A DNA stretch of 63,765 nucleotides, filler included, from Folioceros fuciformis (lineage: Eukaryota), in assembly GCA_049999805.1 (NCBI GenBank). It is 5 parts of 3 records of this genome, joined end to end, with 100 filler letters (N's around TTAATTAATTAA, not from the genome) between each part and the next. Parts side by side here need not be neighbours in the genome. Positions count along the whole stretch, not along the records: positions 1 to 14,474 come from JBNGIO010006257.1; 4 more parts are not named here. One strand, written 5' to 3'. The position numbers and the translations under genes are program-made. The notes beneath the pieces are model-generated. The model was given only the letters and a program-made list of their open reading frames with translations, did not search any database and was not told the origin of the DNA. Shown here piece after piece: positions 1 to 10,953 of this stretch (its first letter is position 1; each line of letters opens with the position of its first letter).

Positions 1-81
1 TGTGAGTAGTCTCTCCCGCAGTCCAGTCACCGTGCGTATTCACGAGGCTAGTTATGCTCACAACAGTGCACTTGGCCGCAG

Positions 82-435
82 ATGGTGCCTGCGGGTACCA
101 AGGTCTGCAACAGTAACGACACTGCCGTCGCCGCTTCCACTGCTTTGTGCAAGCTAAATGATCGCATTCACAGCTACACGGACCTGTTATGCTGCCCTGG
201 TTGCGGAGGTGTCAGCCTGTCTGGCCCGTCCCGTCACCACTGGTGGATCATACTTGCAACCGCTGCTGTTGGTCTTGCCGTCGGTGGTGGCGCATTCTAT
301 CTGCTCTGGAAGCGGCGTTGCCAGTGCATCGCTACATCCAGCGAGCAGCACACCCGTACCGGCAGAGGGGATACCACCGGTCTCTTCGCTGAAACTCACT
401 TGCAGGGTGAGCCTCTTCCCAACCCAAAGATATGA
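82..435 (+). CDS. Possible fragment of a single-pass membrane protein (Cys-rich segment + TM helix)
   Basis: Cys-rich stretch, then hydrophobic WWIILATAAVGLAVGGGAFYLLW followed by basic stop-transfer KRR; no recognised family; no clear 5' end in the window. Confidence 0.3.
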   Translation: MVPAGTKVCNSNDTAVAASTALCKLNDRIHSYTDLLCCPGCGGVSLSGPSRHHWWIILATAAVGLAVGGGAFYLLWKRRCQCIATSSEQHTRTGRGDTTGLFAETHLQGEPLPNPKI

Positions 436-675
436 ATTGCACATTCGGCATCCTTGGGTACTGTACGAGGCCGCGTGCACCAAGTACCTACCGTAGTCGT
501 AGTCCTCCTTCAGTCGCCTTGTGCCAGGATCCATCCCCATCGCCAGCCTCTACCTGCAATCCTGTGCAACATTCCACGAACAGGCACGGATAGAGAATCC
601 ACCACCTTCTATAGCAGCTGCTGCTGAATTGGAGACCACCGGCTCCCAGGGTTTAGGGTTTATCTGTTTAAATTG

Positions 676-697
676 ATATATATATATATATATATAT
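676..697. repeat. (AT)n microsatellite
   Basis: Direct reading. Confidence 0.9.
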
Positions 698-1440
698 CAT
701 TGACAATCAGGCGTAGCTCCACCCTCAGCCTCATGCCTCTACTCCATCACCCCATCTTTAGCGGAGCTCCACCCTCGGCCTCATGCCTCTCCTTCTATCC
801 CCTCCATCCTTAGCAGAGCCAGGAACACCATGAAGCGCCTNNNNNNNNNNNNNNNNNNNNNNNNNNNNNNNNNNNNNNNNNNNNNNNNNNNNNNNNNNNN
901 NNNNNNNNNNNNNNNNNNNNNNNNNNNNNNNNNNNNNNNNCGCCTGCCCCCTCCCTATCTCCGCTTGAGAATTCGTAAATAAAACGCACATGATTTTCAG
1001 TGTCCGTGTGGAAAAATGTCTGTTTCTGGAATGATGCCCAAAACGGACATGGTCGAAAATTGACATTTTGGGTATTATATCCTTAAATACCTAAGATAAA
1101 AACCCTAAAATAGTCCAACCTTTCAAACATCTACAAGTTATTATATACATATTTCTTTATCTCTTTCATCTCTCTTCCCATTGCTTCTATTCTTGCCTAC
1201 TCTAATTCATTTTTGGCATTATCATATATTTCTTTTATTCTCTCGTTCACTCATTTAATTTTTTTTCTTATAATTTTTTATTATAAGTTTTTTTATACAA
1301 ATTACCAAGAAATTCATACTAATTTTAACCGCATTCAAATTAGCTTCCAATACCAGGGTGTCATTTTGACGACCACGTACAGAGCTTGGTCCCGTCCCTA
1401 TAATTAAAAAAAACAATTAGGAAGATTAATAAATTCTTAC

Positions 1441-3028
1441 CTGCGACCCACTGCTATCAGAAGTGCCTCCATTTGCATTGGATACCATGACACATCCTTT
1501 GGACATGGCTACAGCAACTGAACTTGAGTGAACTGCCAGAGCTTGTGGATAAAGCCTGTGAAAGGCGGCCTCCAGAGTCCAGCTGCAAAACTCCGATTGC
1601 AGGAGGTCCACCATGAATGCCCTCGAGCCTCATAGGCTGAGCAGCTGCTCCTTCCTCCAGATGAAAACCTGAACTTGCAGCTCCCCTCTCAAACTCCTCA
1701 GCAGTTGCCACAGCCATGCACTCTTCCTGCCTGCTTACACCAAGTGCTCCCTCGACAGAGCCATCCACTACCTCCATTTTTGTGACTTCAACCGAGAGAG
1801 AATCACGAGATTGTAATTCCTCAACTGCAACATCGGAATCTTCAAGAGAAGTGGTTTCCCACAAGCTTGGCACATAATTTGTTGCATCATCACCGGACAT
1901 ATCACTTGAGGACATTTCTGGAACAAGACGCTCTTCATTGCCGCTCTCCGGGATAACACCTACATCCTGACGTTCAGCCTCTTCAGCTGCGGTGCTGTCA
2001 TCATTCAGAGCTCTCCTTCGGGGTAGTTACTAGATGACTGTCACCTTCATCGATACGGTGAACCACACAGTCCTTCCCACTTGTGGAGTTCAATGAATCC
2101 GAAGACCAAAATGGAGGTACTCCCGAGCTGTCAGTCAGCTCTGGATCTCTTAGGGACTGGACTAATGAGTCGCCCTCAACAAGGTCGTGGTTGTCGACAG
2201 ATGTGGAGGTATCACCGACGCTAGACTCGTCCTCAGGCGTCTGAGTTGAAGAGACATGTGAGATGGTAGACGTCTCCAAGTCAGCAATCATTCTACTCCT
2301 AAATAATCGAGAGGCAGCTGCAGCTGCAGCTGCTGCAAACGCAGCTCCGGGCCTCCTACTAACCTTGGAGTCCCCTGACTTGAGAAAGTATTCCTTTCTT
2401 CCCACCGACGACAAACCTCGCTCCTGCTTTCTGTCTCCCTCAAACAAGTTGGTGCTAGTACTCTGAAATATGCTCCGACATTCCACCGTCTTCCCTGCCT
2501 AGAGCTTCTGACCTGGATTGGGAGATGCCAGACACAGAGCACTGAACGTCAGACAGAGCACCCACGTGCAGGGAATCCGCGACCAAACCATCCTCTCTGT
2601 CATCCAATCACTCCGGCAGCTGTGCATCCTGGACAACACTGCCTGATGTCCCGACACCCTCGCCAGGAGATCCCTCGAGAACAGACTTTGCAGCTAAGTC
2701 GGTCAGCAATTTCTCATCATCCAAGGCACCAGTAGATGGTGCAGTTTCTGGTGGTGGCACACTCTGGTCCTCCAACTCCCACACATCATCAAGGACAGCG
2801 TTCGTCACATCGTCACCCTCATCTTAGGAGTCCAAACTGCATGGCTCTCAACTGTTGGCGGGTCGCAAAACTTCCTCCAAAACCGGCTTCATCCAGCCCG
2901 CATTCGTCAAAATCCTTGAGGATATCATCGATCCGCCTGCGCCCGCCTCCCTATGCCTCACCGTCATCCTGGTCGCTGCTTTCAGCATCCAGCAAGGCAT
3001 CCAGATCAGAATTATCAGAGAACGTCAT
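1441..3028 (-). pseudogene. VPS8: VPS8 (CORVET subunit) first coding exon, decayed and truncated
   Basis: Plant VPS8 N-terminal motifs in order across several frames: DLDALLDAESSD, RRIDDILKD, PGAAFAAAAAAAASR, LEEGAAAQPMRLEG, PQALAVH..VAVAMSKG. In-frame TAG at 2951 plus frameshifts; ends at donor CAG|GTAAGA (1441/1440); no further VPS8 exons seen. Confidence 0.8.
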
Positions 3029-4619
3029 GGGCGCCTGCTCCTGATGCTCAATTTTATTTACGGAGCGATGGTGAAGCTTTTCCAGCTTCCGTCTCCTTCT
3101 CCGTATCCTCCACCATTCATCATCTCTTGTAACAGGAATTGTAAATTTGGAAGTGACAATCTGATTCGACAATGTCGGTCAACGCCCGATTGATGTGAGC
3201 CCAAACAGAGAACCCAGAAAAAAGCGGTGCGTTACTTGCTGCACCTGCATCAGGCAGCACCTCTTGCTCGGATTCCACCGAATCCCTTCATAACAGATCT
3301 TGCATCGACGCCTGTGCACCTCAACAGCCACTCCAAGAGCTGAATTTCAAATAGCTCAGCAGGTGCAGCAAAACAGAGATCAGTATGTCGACCGATCCGT
3401 AAACTGACGTAACGTGCGCAGACAGATACGCAGACCCTATAACCCTTAACCCACTGTCGTGATGCCCAAGGTTGCACTGCAGGTCTGTTCGTTGCGGCTG
3501 CTCATCTGAATTATCGGGATGCAGAGGCGTCCTCTTTGACGGTCAAGTACGAAATGCCTGCGTCTCAATCTCCCCGAAGCGATCAATGCTTCACTCGCGT
3601 AAAATCCTACGTGGCATGCCATGCTCCGTCCATCCAAAGAACACCATACGCCTAAGGCTAGCCAGCACACCTACGGTTTTGCCGTGACGCATTGTGGCAT
3701 GTGCGTAAGCACTGCAGGCAATAGGACCGGGCGGGCTGAATGAAACGTACACGATCCCTCCCGTGGCTGCTCGCCGTGACCTGTTTCCTCCTCATCCTGC
3801 CCGCTTCCTCTCCAGCAGCCCCTGCTCATGTTCCTCCTCAGCCCGTTCGCTTCCGGTCGTCCCTCCACAAATTCCTCCTAAGCCCGCCCGCCTCCACTCG
3901 CCCATCAGGGGCCTGGGGAGGCCGAGATCGGGAAATGGAAGGACGGGAAGGGGAAGGGGAAGGGGGTCAAGGGGGTCGGGCTGGGGAGGAAGGTTGCTTA
4001 TGTTCCATGAATAGATTGCAAAATTTTGTTTCAGAAGAAGGTCTCGAGTGTGTTGCGAATTTAAATTGTCGATGGAGAGTTGCCCAAGCTTCAGATTCTG
4101 GACGAGGCAAGACACGCCACGTAGGATTTCCCGACAAGTGAAGCATTCATTGCTTTGGAGACTGAGACACGCTGCCTACTTGCCGACGTGGGTGAAAGAG
4201 TTGGTTTGTGCATGTCAAGATTCGAATCCTACAGTTATGTGCGGTGCGCATCCACCAGAAAATCTTGTTTATCGTGTATCTTGTCGAGTACGTACCCTTG
4301 TCGAGTGTGCGGCATGTACCACGGAAATGCACAACGCAAGCACATGTGACATAGGGCAAGTGAACTCGAGGGAGCTGGGTGGGTGGGTGATGCAAACCTC
4401 GTAGCTCGAAAGTCTAGGAGTACGTGAGTTGTTTGTGAATGACAACTATAACGGATCATACACTTGGGTATACAAAACTAAGAGGCCAGAGGCTTCCACA
4501 AAACTAGTGCCCACTCTCAAGCTTGTGGGGTTAATTTGATTCACCACCGTTGAGACGTGTGCACACAAGACTGAACAATGAACAACACTGAAAGGCAAGG
4601 TCCGTTCTGAACCTTGCAT

Positions 4620-4863
4620 GTGGAAGATGGATGCTGAACCACAAACCCTAACCCTACAAAAAAACCAAGTGAATGACTGTGAGTGAGAGACAGATCGGAA
4701 CGTGTGAGGGTTTGTGCACATTGGGACACCTAGATGGCGCCCTATGGACCGTATACTGACTCACAAAACTTTGTGTGAAAGCCATACTGACTCACAAAAC
4801 TTTGTGTGAAAGCCAGTGTGACCGTATCGGTATTTCATAAGTGTGACCGTATCGGTATTCTAT
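4620..4863 (+). mobile_element. Terminus of an unclassified non-autonomous repeat family (second copy at ~45800-45995)
   Basis: Shared blocks GGATG(C/T)TGAACC..CCCTAACCCTA..GTGAATGA..GAACGTG..TGGACCGT..TTTGTGTGAAAG..TGACCGTATCGGTATT; internal 31-bp and ~25-bp tandem duplications. Confidence 0.55.
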
Positions 4864-5932
4864 AATTATCCCAAACTTTGAAGGTTCATAATTATTTGGA
4901 GATTCATAACTACTAGCAAGTATTGTTTTAAGTTCACCTTTCTTTCTTTGAATCTAATGTTCTATCATTGCATAATACACAAGAAAGAGACAAGGTACTT
5001 TTACCTTCTTATTAGTTAGAGGCAAGGTATATTAGGTACTAATTAAAGCTTAAAAACCATATATTTAATAAATATCTTTATCATTTATATTATATTCTTA
5101 ATAACCATTCTTTTGAAAAAAAAGAGTTCTGAAATATAATTTTCAATCAATTTTCAATGAACTACTTAATAAGTAGTCCATTAGTAAGGTTAAGATATTT
5201 ATTGAATTTTTAATTATGTCTTGTATTTATTTTTAAGTAATCTTCTCATAATTATTTTTAGTTGTCAACCTTTTAGTTTTGGTGATATCACAATTCTTAC
5301 AAGCATATACAAATATATTCAATGCCTATAATCCATCTTGTTCAATGTCTTTTTTATAAACTATCTTATTAAGGTTCATGTGATTTAATTGTCATTCAAC
5401 CCTACCAGAGCATGAAATATGCATGCTCTAGTTTCTTGTTTACAAGAGTTCTTATGCTGTATTGTTATGGGATTTGTTGAAAAAAGTTAAAATTAAAATT
5501 ATATTGATTACACCAATTTTAATCTAGCACCAATACAGGGAAACGTGTTAATTAGTCATTATATTATTTCATATAATTAAAATTACTTATATATATATTT
5601 TTAAACTAGATAAACAGAAGAAAATATAAAATAATATTAGTCTCTTTATTAAGATGAAATTTAATATATAATAATCTCAACAACAACTAAGAAGCTCAAG
5701 TGAGGAGACTTTGCACACAAAAACCAATTATGTTAACAAACGTTACTAGCAAAGGATTAGTGCCATGCAATTTCTACAAGAAAAGTATTGAACAAAAATT
5801 ACTACAGAACATCTTAGTTAACAAAATGGACTGCGCCTCTTAGGGAGAGTAAGAAATTTGTGTGTGATCCTAACTTCAATCAACTTAATGAAGTAGGTGA
5901 ACAATAAGTTGTATTATTCACCTCAAACAAAT

Positions 5933-6700
5933 TTATGAAGATCTATTCAAAGCTTCATATGCCCATGGATCTTGCCTTCTAATCTCCTCTTCCTCTGTTG
6001 GACTGAAGTCATTGTCGATCTTGAACAAGCTTCGGATATCCTCAGGACAAAGGTCCTTTATCATATTTGCCACGGCTATGCAGCTCAAATGCAATAGCTT
6101 ATCCATGTCCAAGTAATGGCTTGCCTGTTGCACATCACAAACTTGGTACGTTTACAATTCATTTGGTGCCAAGGGAATGCCTAAGATTGTTAGTTTACTT
6201 GAAGTAAGCAAGACTTCCAGAAAGAGCCTCTATCACTTGACCCAAATGAAAACATCCCATGTTTGGAAACAAACAACAATCAAAAAATCATGGATCAACT
6301 GTTCTTCGAACGCAATATTAATAGCTGCTTGTTATGACCACAGCACATAGGAGAGTTGTTTTAAGTGTGGTGCATGATGGTCTCATGGCATCACTTAAAG
6401 ACATCTACAACAGGTTATACTTACCATCACGAGCTCAAACAAGGTTTTCTCGTCGATGTTCATGAGTTCTTGGTTCCATATAATTTCATCAGAAGCTTGA
6501 TTGGCCTTACGTGCTTGCACACTGTGCTCAGAATACTCAATGATCTTGAGTAAGGCATTCCCAGTAACATTAGGGAGCGGGATGATCATCGTTTCCTCTT
6601 CACTATCTTCGATCATTAACTTTAAAACCTTGCTTTCTAAGGCAACAACTTTATCCACCTTCAAGTGCTTGCCATCCATGCTCACCAATGTGATCTCCAT
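5933..6700 (-). CDS. SKP1: SKP1-like (ASK) protein, divergent; exons 6700-6425, 6124-5933
   Basis: ITLVSMDG, IPLPNVTGNALLKIIEY, TLFELVM|ASHYLDM, IRSLFKIDNDFSPTEEEEIRRQDPWAYE; GT-AG intron at the conserved plant SKP1 position. Confidence 0.92.
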
Positions 6701-6767
6701 AACTCTCAAAAACCTTGATTGTTACCACAAAAACCTTCAGATTATACCTCCCTGTTGCTCAGCAAAG

Positions 6768-7140
6768 AATTAGACTAAGTGTTAGTAGAGGGTAGCTTAC
6801 AGGTGTAGAACACTTATGCTCTAGGGAAATTTTGCACAAAAATCCAACTAGTCCTCCTCTGGTGCTACAAGGCATATAAGAATTAGACTATGGACAGAGA
6901 TAGCTCACACGTAGAACCCTTATGTTATAGAAAACCTCCGCACAAAAACCCAATCAAGCCTCGTTTTGCTCCTTTGCAAGGCACACCAAAAATTAGACTT
7001 AGGGCAAGAGGATGGCTCACAGGTAGAATCTCGATGTTCTGAAAAACCTTCGCACGAAAACCTAATTAGCCCTCCTTTCGCTCCTACAAGGAACACGAGA
7101 ATCAGATCAGACCAGACTAAGAGAAGGGGATAGCTCATAT
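6768..7140. repeat. Degenerate ~110-bp tandem repeat (3 units plus the start of a 4th) just upstream of SKP1
   Basis: AATTAGACT/AATCAGA anchors at 6768, 6881, 6991, 7100 with shared G(A/G)TAGCT(C/T)AC..GTAGAA..GCAC(A/G)AAAA..CAAGG blocks. Confidence 0.75.
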
Positions 7141-8018
7141 CTACAATCCGTAATATCGGCACCTTAAGAAAGGCAAGTAAGCCAAGCAGAACAATCGGAG
7201 CATAAAAGTTGATAATGGAGCTCCGTATGGAGCCTCGGGAGTCGCCTTATGTAAAGGTGAGAGCGGGAAAGTATACTGTTTAAGGCCTAGGTTTTTCTGG
7301 ATTACTTACCTGTTTCTGTCAGTATCCTTTGATGGTTATCTTGCAGCGAAAGAAATCTAATTAGCTTTGATCACTATCTTTTTGCAAAAGAATATGCTAA
7401 GTGTTATTTTTGTGCTTCTTACAAAGTAGGAAGGTAGGGGCTCCGAAAGGGCTTAGAGATCACCAGGCGTGGGGGAGCAAAAATGAAGACAATGGTCACG
7501 AAGGTGCACATCCAAGAAAGCCGTGAAGAAATTCTTCTTCTTCTTTGTCTTCTTCGTTATGTGCTGCGCACTGGATGTATTGCTAGCTGCAAGATTAATC
7601 TAAAGCAGCCCTGTATTCAACCCGTCGGTACCTATGTGTATCAAGCGACGGTACCATAACAAAAAAAACATTGCTATCGCCAGCTGATGGCGTGATGCTT
7701 CGTCCAAGATCGAGAGACACAGGATCGGTTTTCGCAGCTGAATGTATCTGCCACGCCTGAAAATGAGCTGGTCGGGTAACTACTAACGAATGTCAGAGTG
7801 ACAGGACCGTAGGGTTGGCTTGTCCGCCCGGGACGGATTTGCCTTCGTCGGGCTCGGCTTCCTCCGCCTCTCTACCTCTACCTCTGCCTCTCTACCTCTG
7901 CCTGCTGGAGATAGCAGCCCGGTGCGAGATCCATCTTCGCGCTGCTTCCCGCAGAGGACCTGCTCGCTTGTCTCAGTTCTTGCTCCTGCTCGCGGTTGAA
8001 GGTCCTCATTTCGTTCCC

Positions 8019-9518
8019 ATGGCCGCTTCCATGGCCTGCCGAGCTGGTCTGGCGGTCTCCTTTCCGAGGTCCGGCTCGGGAGCTTCCCAGGCCGGCGAGC
8101 ATGCACCTGCCAAGCAGACGCTGCCCCTGAAATCGGCCTTCTCCGGCCGCAAATTGAGAGTCGTGGAGGCTCGTTTGGCGGGCGTAGTGGCTATGCAGAA
8201 GACTGTGTCAGGCAAGGCTGTGGCCACGGCGTCCGAACTTGTGCTGGAGAAGCCCGCTGCTCAGGCTGATCTTGTGCGTTTTCTTTAGATTTTCTGGACA
8301 GGAATTGGTGCGATGGGAAGATGGATGGCTGACTGTGTGTGGCGTGGTTTTGTAGCTGGTGACTAAGGAGGAGGGGCTGGTTCTGTACGAGGATATGGTG
8401 CTGGGGAGGACGTTTGAGGATATGTGTGCTCAGATGTACTATCGGGGAAAAATGTTTGGCTTCGTGCATCTGTACAACGGGCAGGAGGCCGTGTCCACCG
8501 GGTGCATCAAGCTGCTCAAGAAGACGGATTTCGTCTGCAGCACGTATAGAGATCACGTGCATGCACTTAGCAAGGGGGTTCCGTCCCGGTTGGTGATGGC
8601 GGAGCTTTTCGGGAAGAGTACTGGCTGCTGCCGGGGACAGGGAGGGTCCATGCACATGTTTTCTGCGGAGCACGGGTTGCTGGGGGGGTTTGCTTTCATC
8701 GGAGAGGGCATTCCAGTGGCCACCGGTGCTGCCTTCACCACTGTGTACAAGCGGGAGGTGCTCAAGGATGACAAAGCGGATGCCGTGACCATGGCGTTTT
8801 TTGGAGACGGGACATGTAACAACGGTCAATTTTTTGAGTGCCTCAATATGGCTGCGCTCTGGAAGCTGCCCATCATCTTCGTTGTGGAGAATAATCTGTG
8901 GGCCATTGGTATGTCTCATATTAGGGCTACTTCTGATCCTGAGATATGGAAAAAGGGGCCTGCTTTTGGGATGCCTGGGTATCATGTGGATGGGATGGAC
9001 GTGTTGAAAGTGCGGGAGGTTGCGAAGGAGGCTGTTGCCCGAGCTCGCCGAGGCGACGGGCCTACGCTCATCGAGTGCGAAACGTATAGGTTTAGAGGAC
9101 ACTCTCTAGCTGATCCTGATGAACTTCGTGCCCCCGGTACATGTCCCTGCCCACACTCGCCATTTTTTTTTTGCTGGTAACTAGTTTAGTTCTTGTCAGT
9201 TTGCGATGTCCCTGACCATGAGTCGTGGTGATTCTTGCAGCCGAGAAAGCACATTATGCTGCACGGGATCCTATTTTTGCGCTGAAGAAGTACCTTCTCA
9301 GCAATAACCTAGCCTCTGAGCAAGATCTCAAGGCCATCGACAAGAAAATCGATGAGATTGTGGAAGATGCGGTAGAGTTTGCCGATGCTAGTCCTCTACC
9401 AGTACGAAGCCAGCTGCTAGAGAACGTGTTTGCTGATCCTAAGGGTTTCGGAATTGGTCCCAATGGCAAGTACAGATGTGAAGAGCCTGGATTCACTGCA
9501 GGCACTGCCCAGGTATGA
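8019..9518 (+). CDS. PDH-E1A: Plastid pyruvate dehydrogenase E1 alpha, copy 1; exons 8019-8273, 8356-9136, 9241-9518
   Basis: [23 protein letters not shown] motif [29 protein letters not shown]; transit-peptide-like exon 1; GT-AG introns keep frame. Confidence 0.97.
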
Positions 9519-10953
9519 GAAACGCGAAGGTACGTGTTTTTAGACGTAGAAATGGAGGGTTTGTAGCCTGGGTCCGCCCCACCCCGGAGACTTTGTGCAA
9601 CGGGCTTGGAAAGGCATCTCACATTGAGAGTGTAGATGAGTCGAGTCGTTTTAGCTGGTGTATCCGGCGGAATGTATTTATTTCAGCGTTTCCCAGTCTT
9701 TGATCAATTGCTGCTGCAACAACGCTTTCGAGTTCGCTGGGCACTTGAGGTGCTAGTGTATCACCACTTAACAGTCGCACATTTTTTTCATCCCCAGTTT
9801 ATGGAATACACGGCAAAGCATGAGGAACAAAGGTTTTTTGTCCTCACCGTCCAAAAACATGTTCTTCAGTCCCACGGTTCTATCTTCACTTTCACCATGT
9901 GGATACACGGTCCAAAGTTATTCCCAGCAGTGGACCATCGTCCTTCTCCCTCTTCCAACTCTATGGTCCCTTCCTGGGCGAAAAGGTCCCACACACGTTG
10001 CCCTGCTAAATACGTGCTATTCCTTACAAAGACTTACCCTGTAGACGAAAGAATTGTGACCTGACGGTCGAGGTGAGTCCTCAGTAGACGAGGCATGAAG
10101 TCACCGCCCACCTCTTGCACCCAACAAATGATGTGCGCTGCTTTTCTTCAGTGGCGGACGCATGCCGAAGAATCCTCCGTAAGCAACGCCTTTCCTAGTC
10201 GCAAAAGGCCAAAAAGATATACCCCGCATGACACGCTTGGCTGCCAGATCAACCAGAGCAGCTTTCGGACCAGACTGAGTGCCTTCCCCCACCTCATGTC
10301 GACTCACCAGTGGAGGAAAGTCCTTAGTCTAGGAATGCGGGTCACATGCAGTCCTGTTTGATGCTCCCGATGCTGAATTCACTATATAGCCAGCATGATT
10401 GACCAAACACTGATGCATATATTTGCACGAGAAGCTGCTTCCCCATCTGCACCGTTGTTGCGAATGTGCCACAAGCTTTGGGCAAGTGCTCGGCCAAGGG
10501 CCGCTTGTTCTGTATGGACAAATGGAGGAAGAGAGCCTCATCTTGGCCATACAGCCAAATTACTTTTGCTTGCCTTCCGAAGGCCTGTGCAAGCACTGGT
10601 GCCTTGCACAAGGGCAGACCACCTGCTGGATAAACTCACCGAGGGTTGCGGGAGCTGGATAAACTCACCGAGGATTGCGGGATAACTGGACCTCGTCTGC
10701 CCTCGAGAAAGAGGGCTATGAAGGAGATACCAAGATCACAATGTGACAACATAACACACTAACATGGCCACATTCAAACCAGCCCCGCTCTGCCAACATG
10801 ATGTCAGCTCGCCAGTCGGGTAAGTACTTACACTAAGAAGTACTGAGTGGTCCCCATCGCTGTACTACTGTTAGATGTTAGTAGTAACTGTTGATCGGCA
10901 TCACCATTCCAGACCTGTTGATTCCCGCGATGGCTGCAGAAGACCATGCTACC

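Noticed and set aside
8191-9102. 303-aa antisense ORF over PDH E1-alpha (and similar shadows over RDR6 and the At3g49140-like gene)
   Set aside because: Antisense shadows of GC-rich coding sequence
9860-10700. Short ORFs between PDH E1-alpha and RDR6
   Set aside because: Frames are broken by stops and no family is recognisable; possibly a decayed gene, but unsupported
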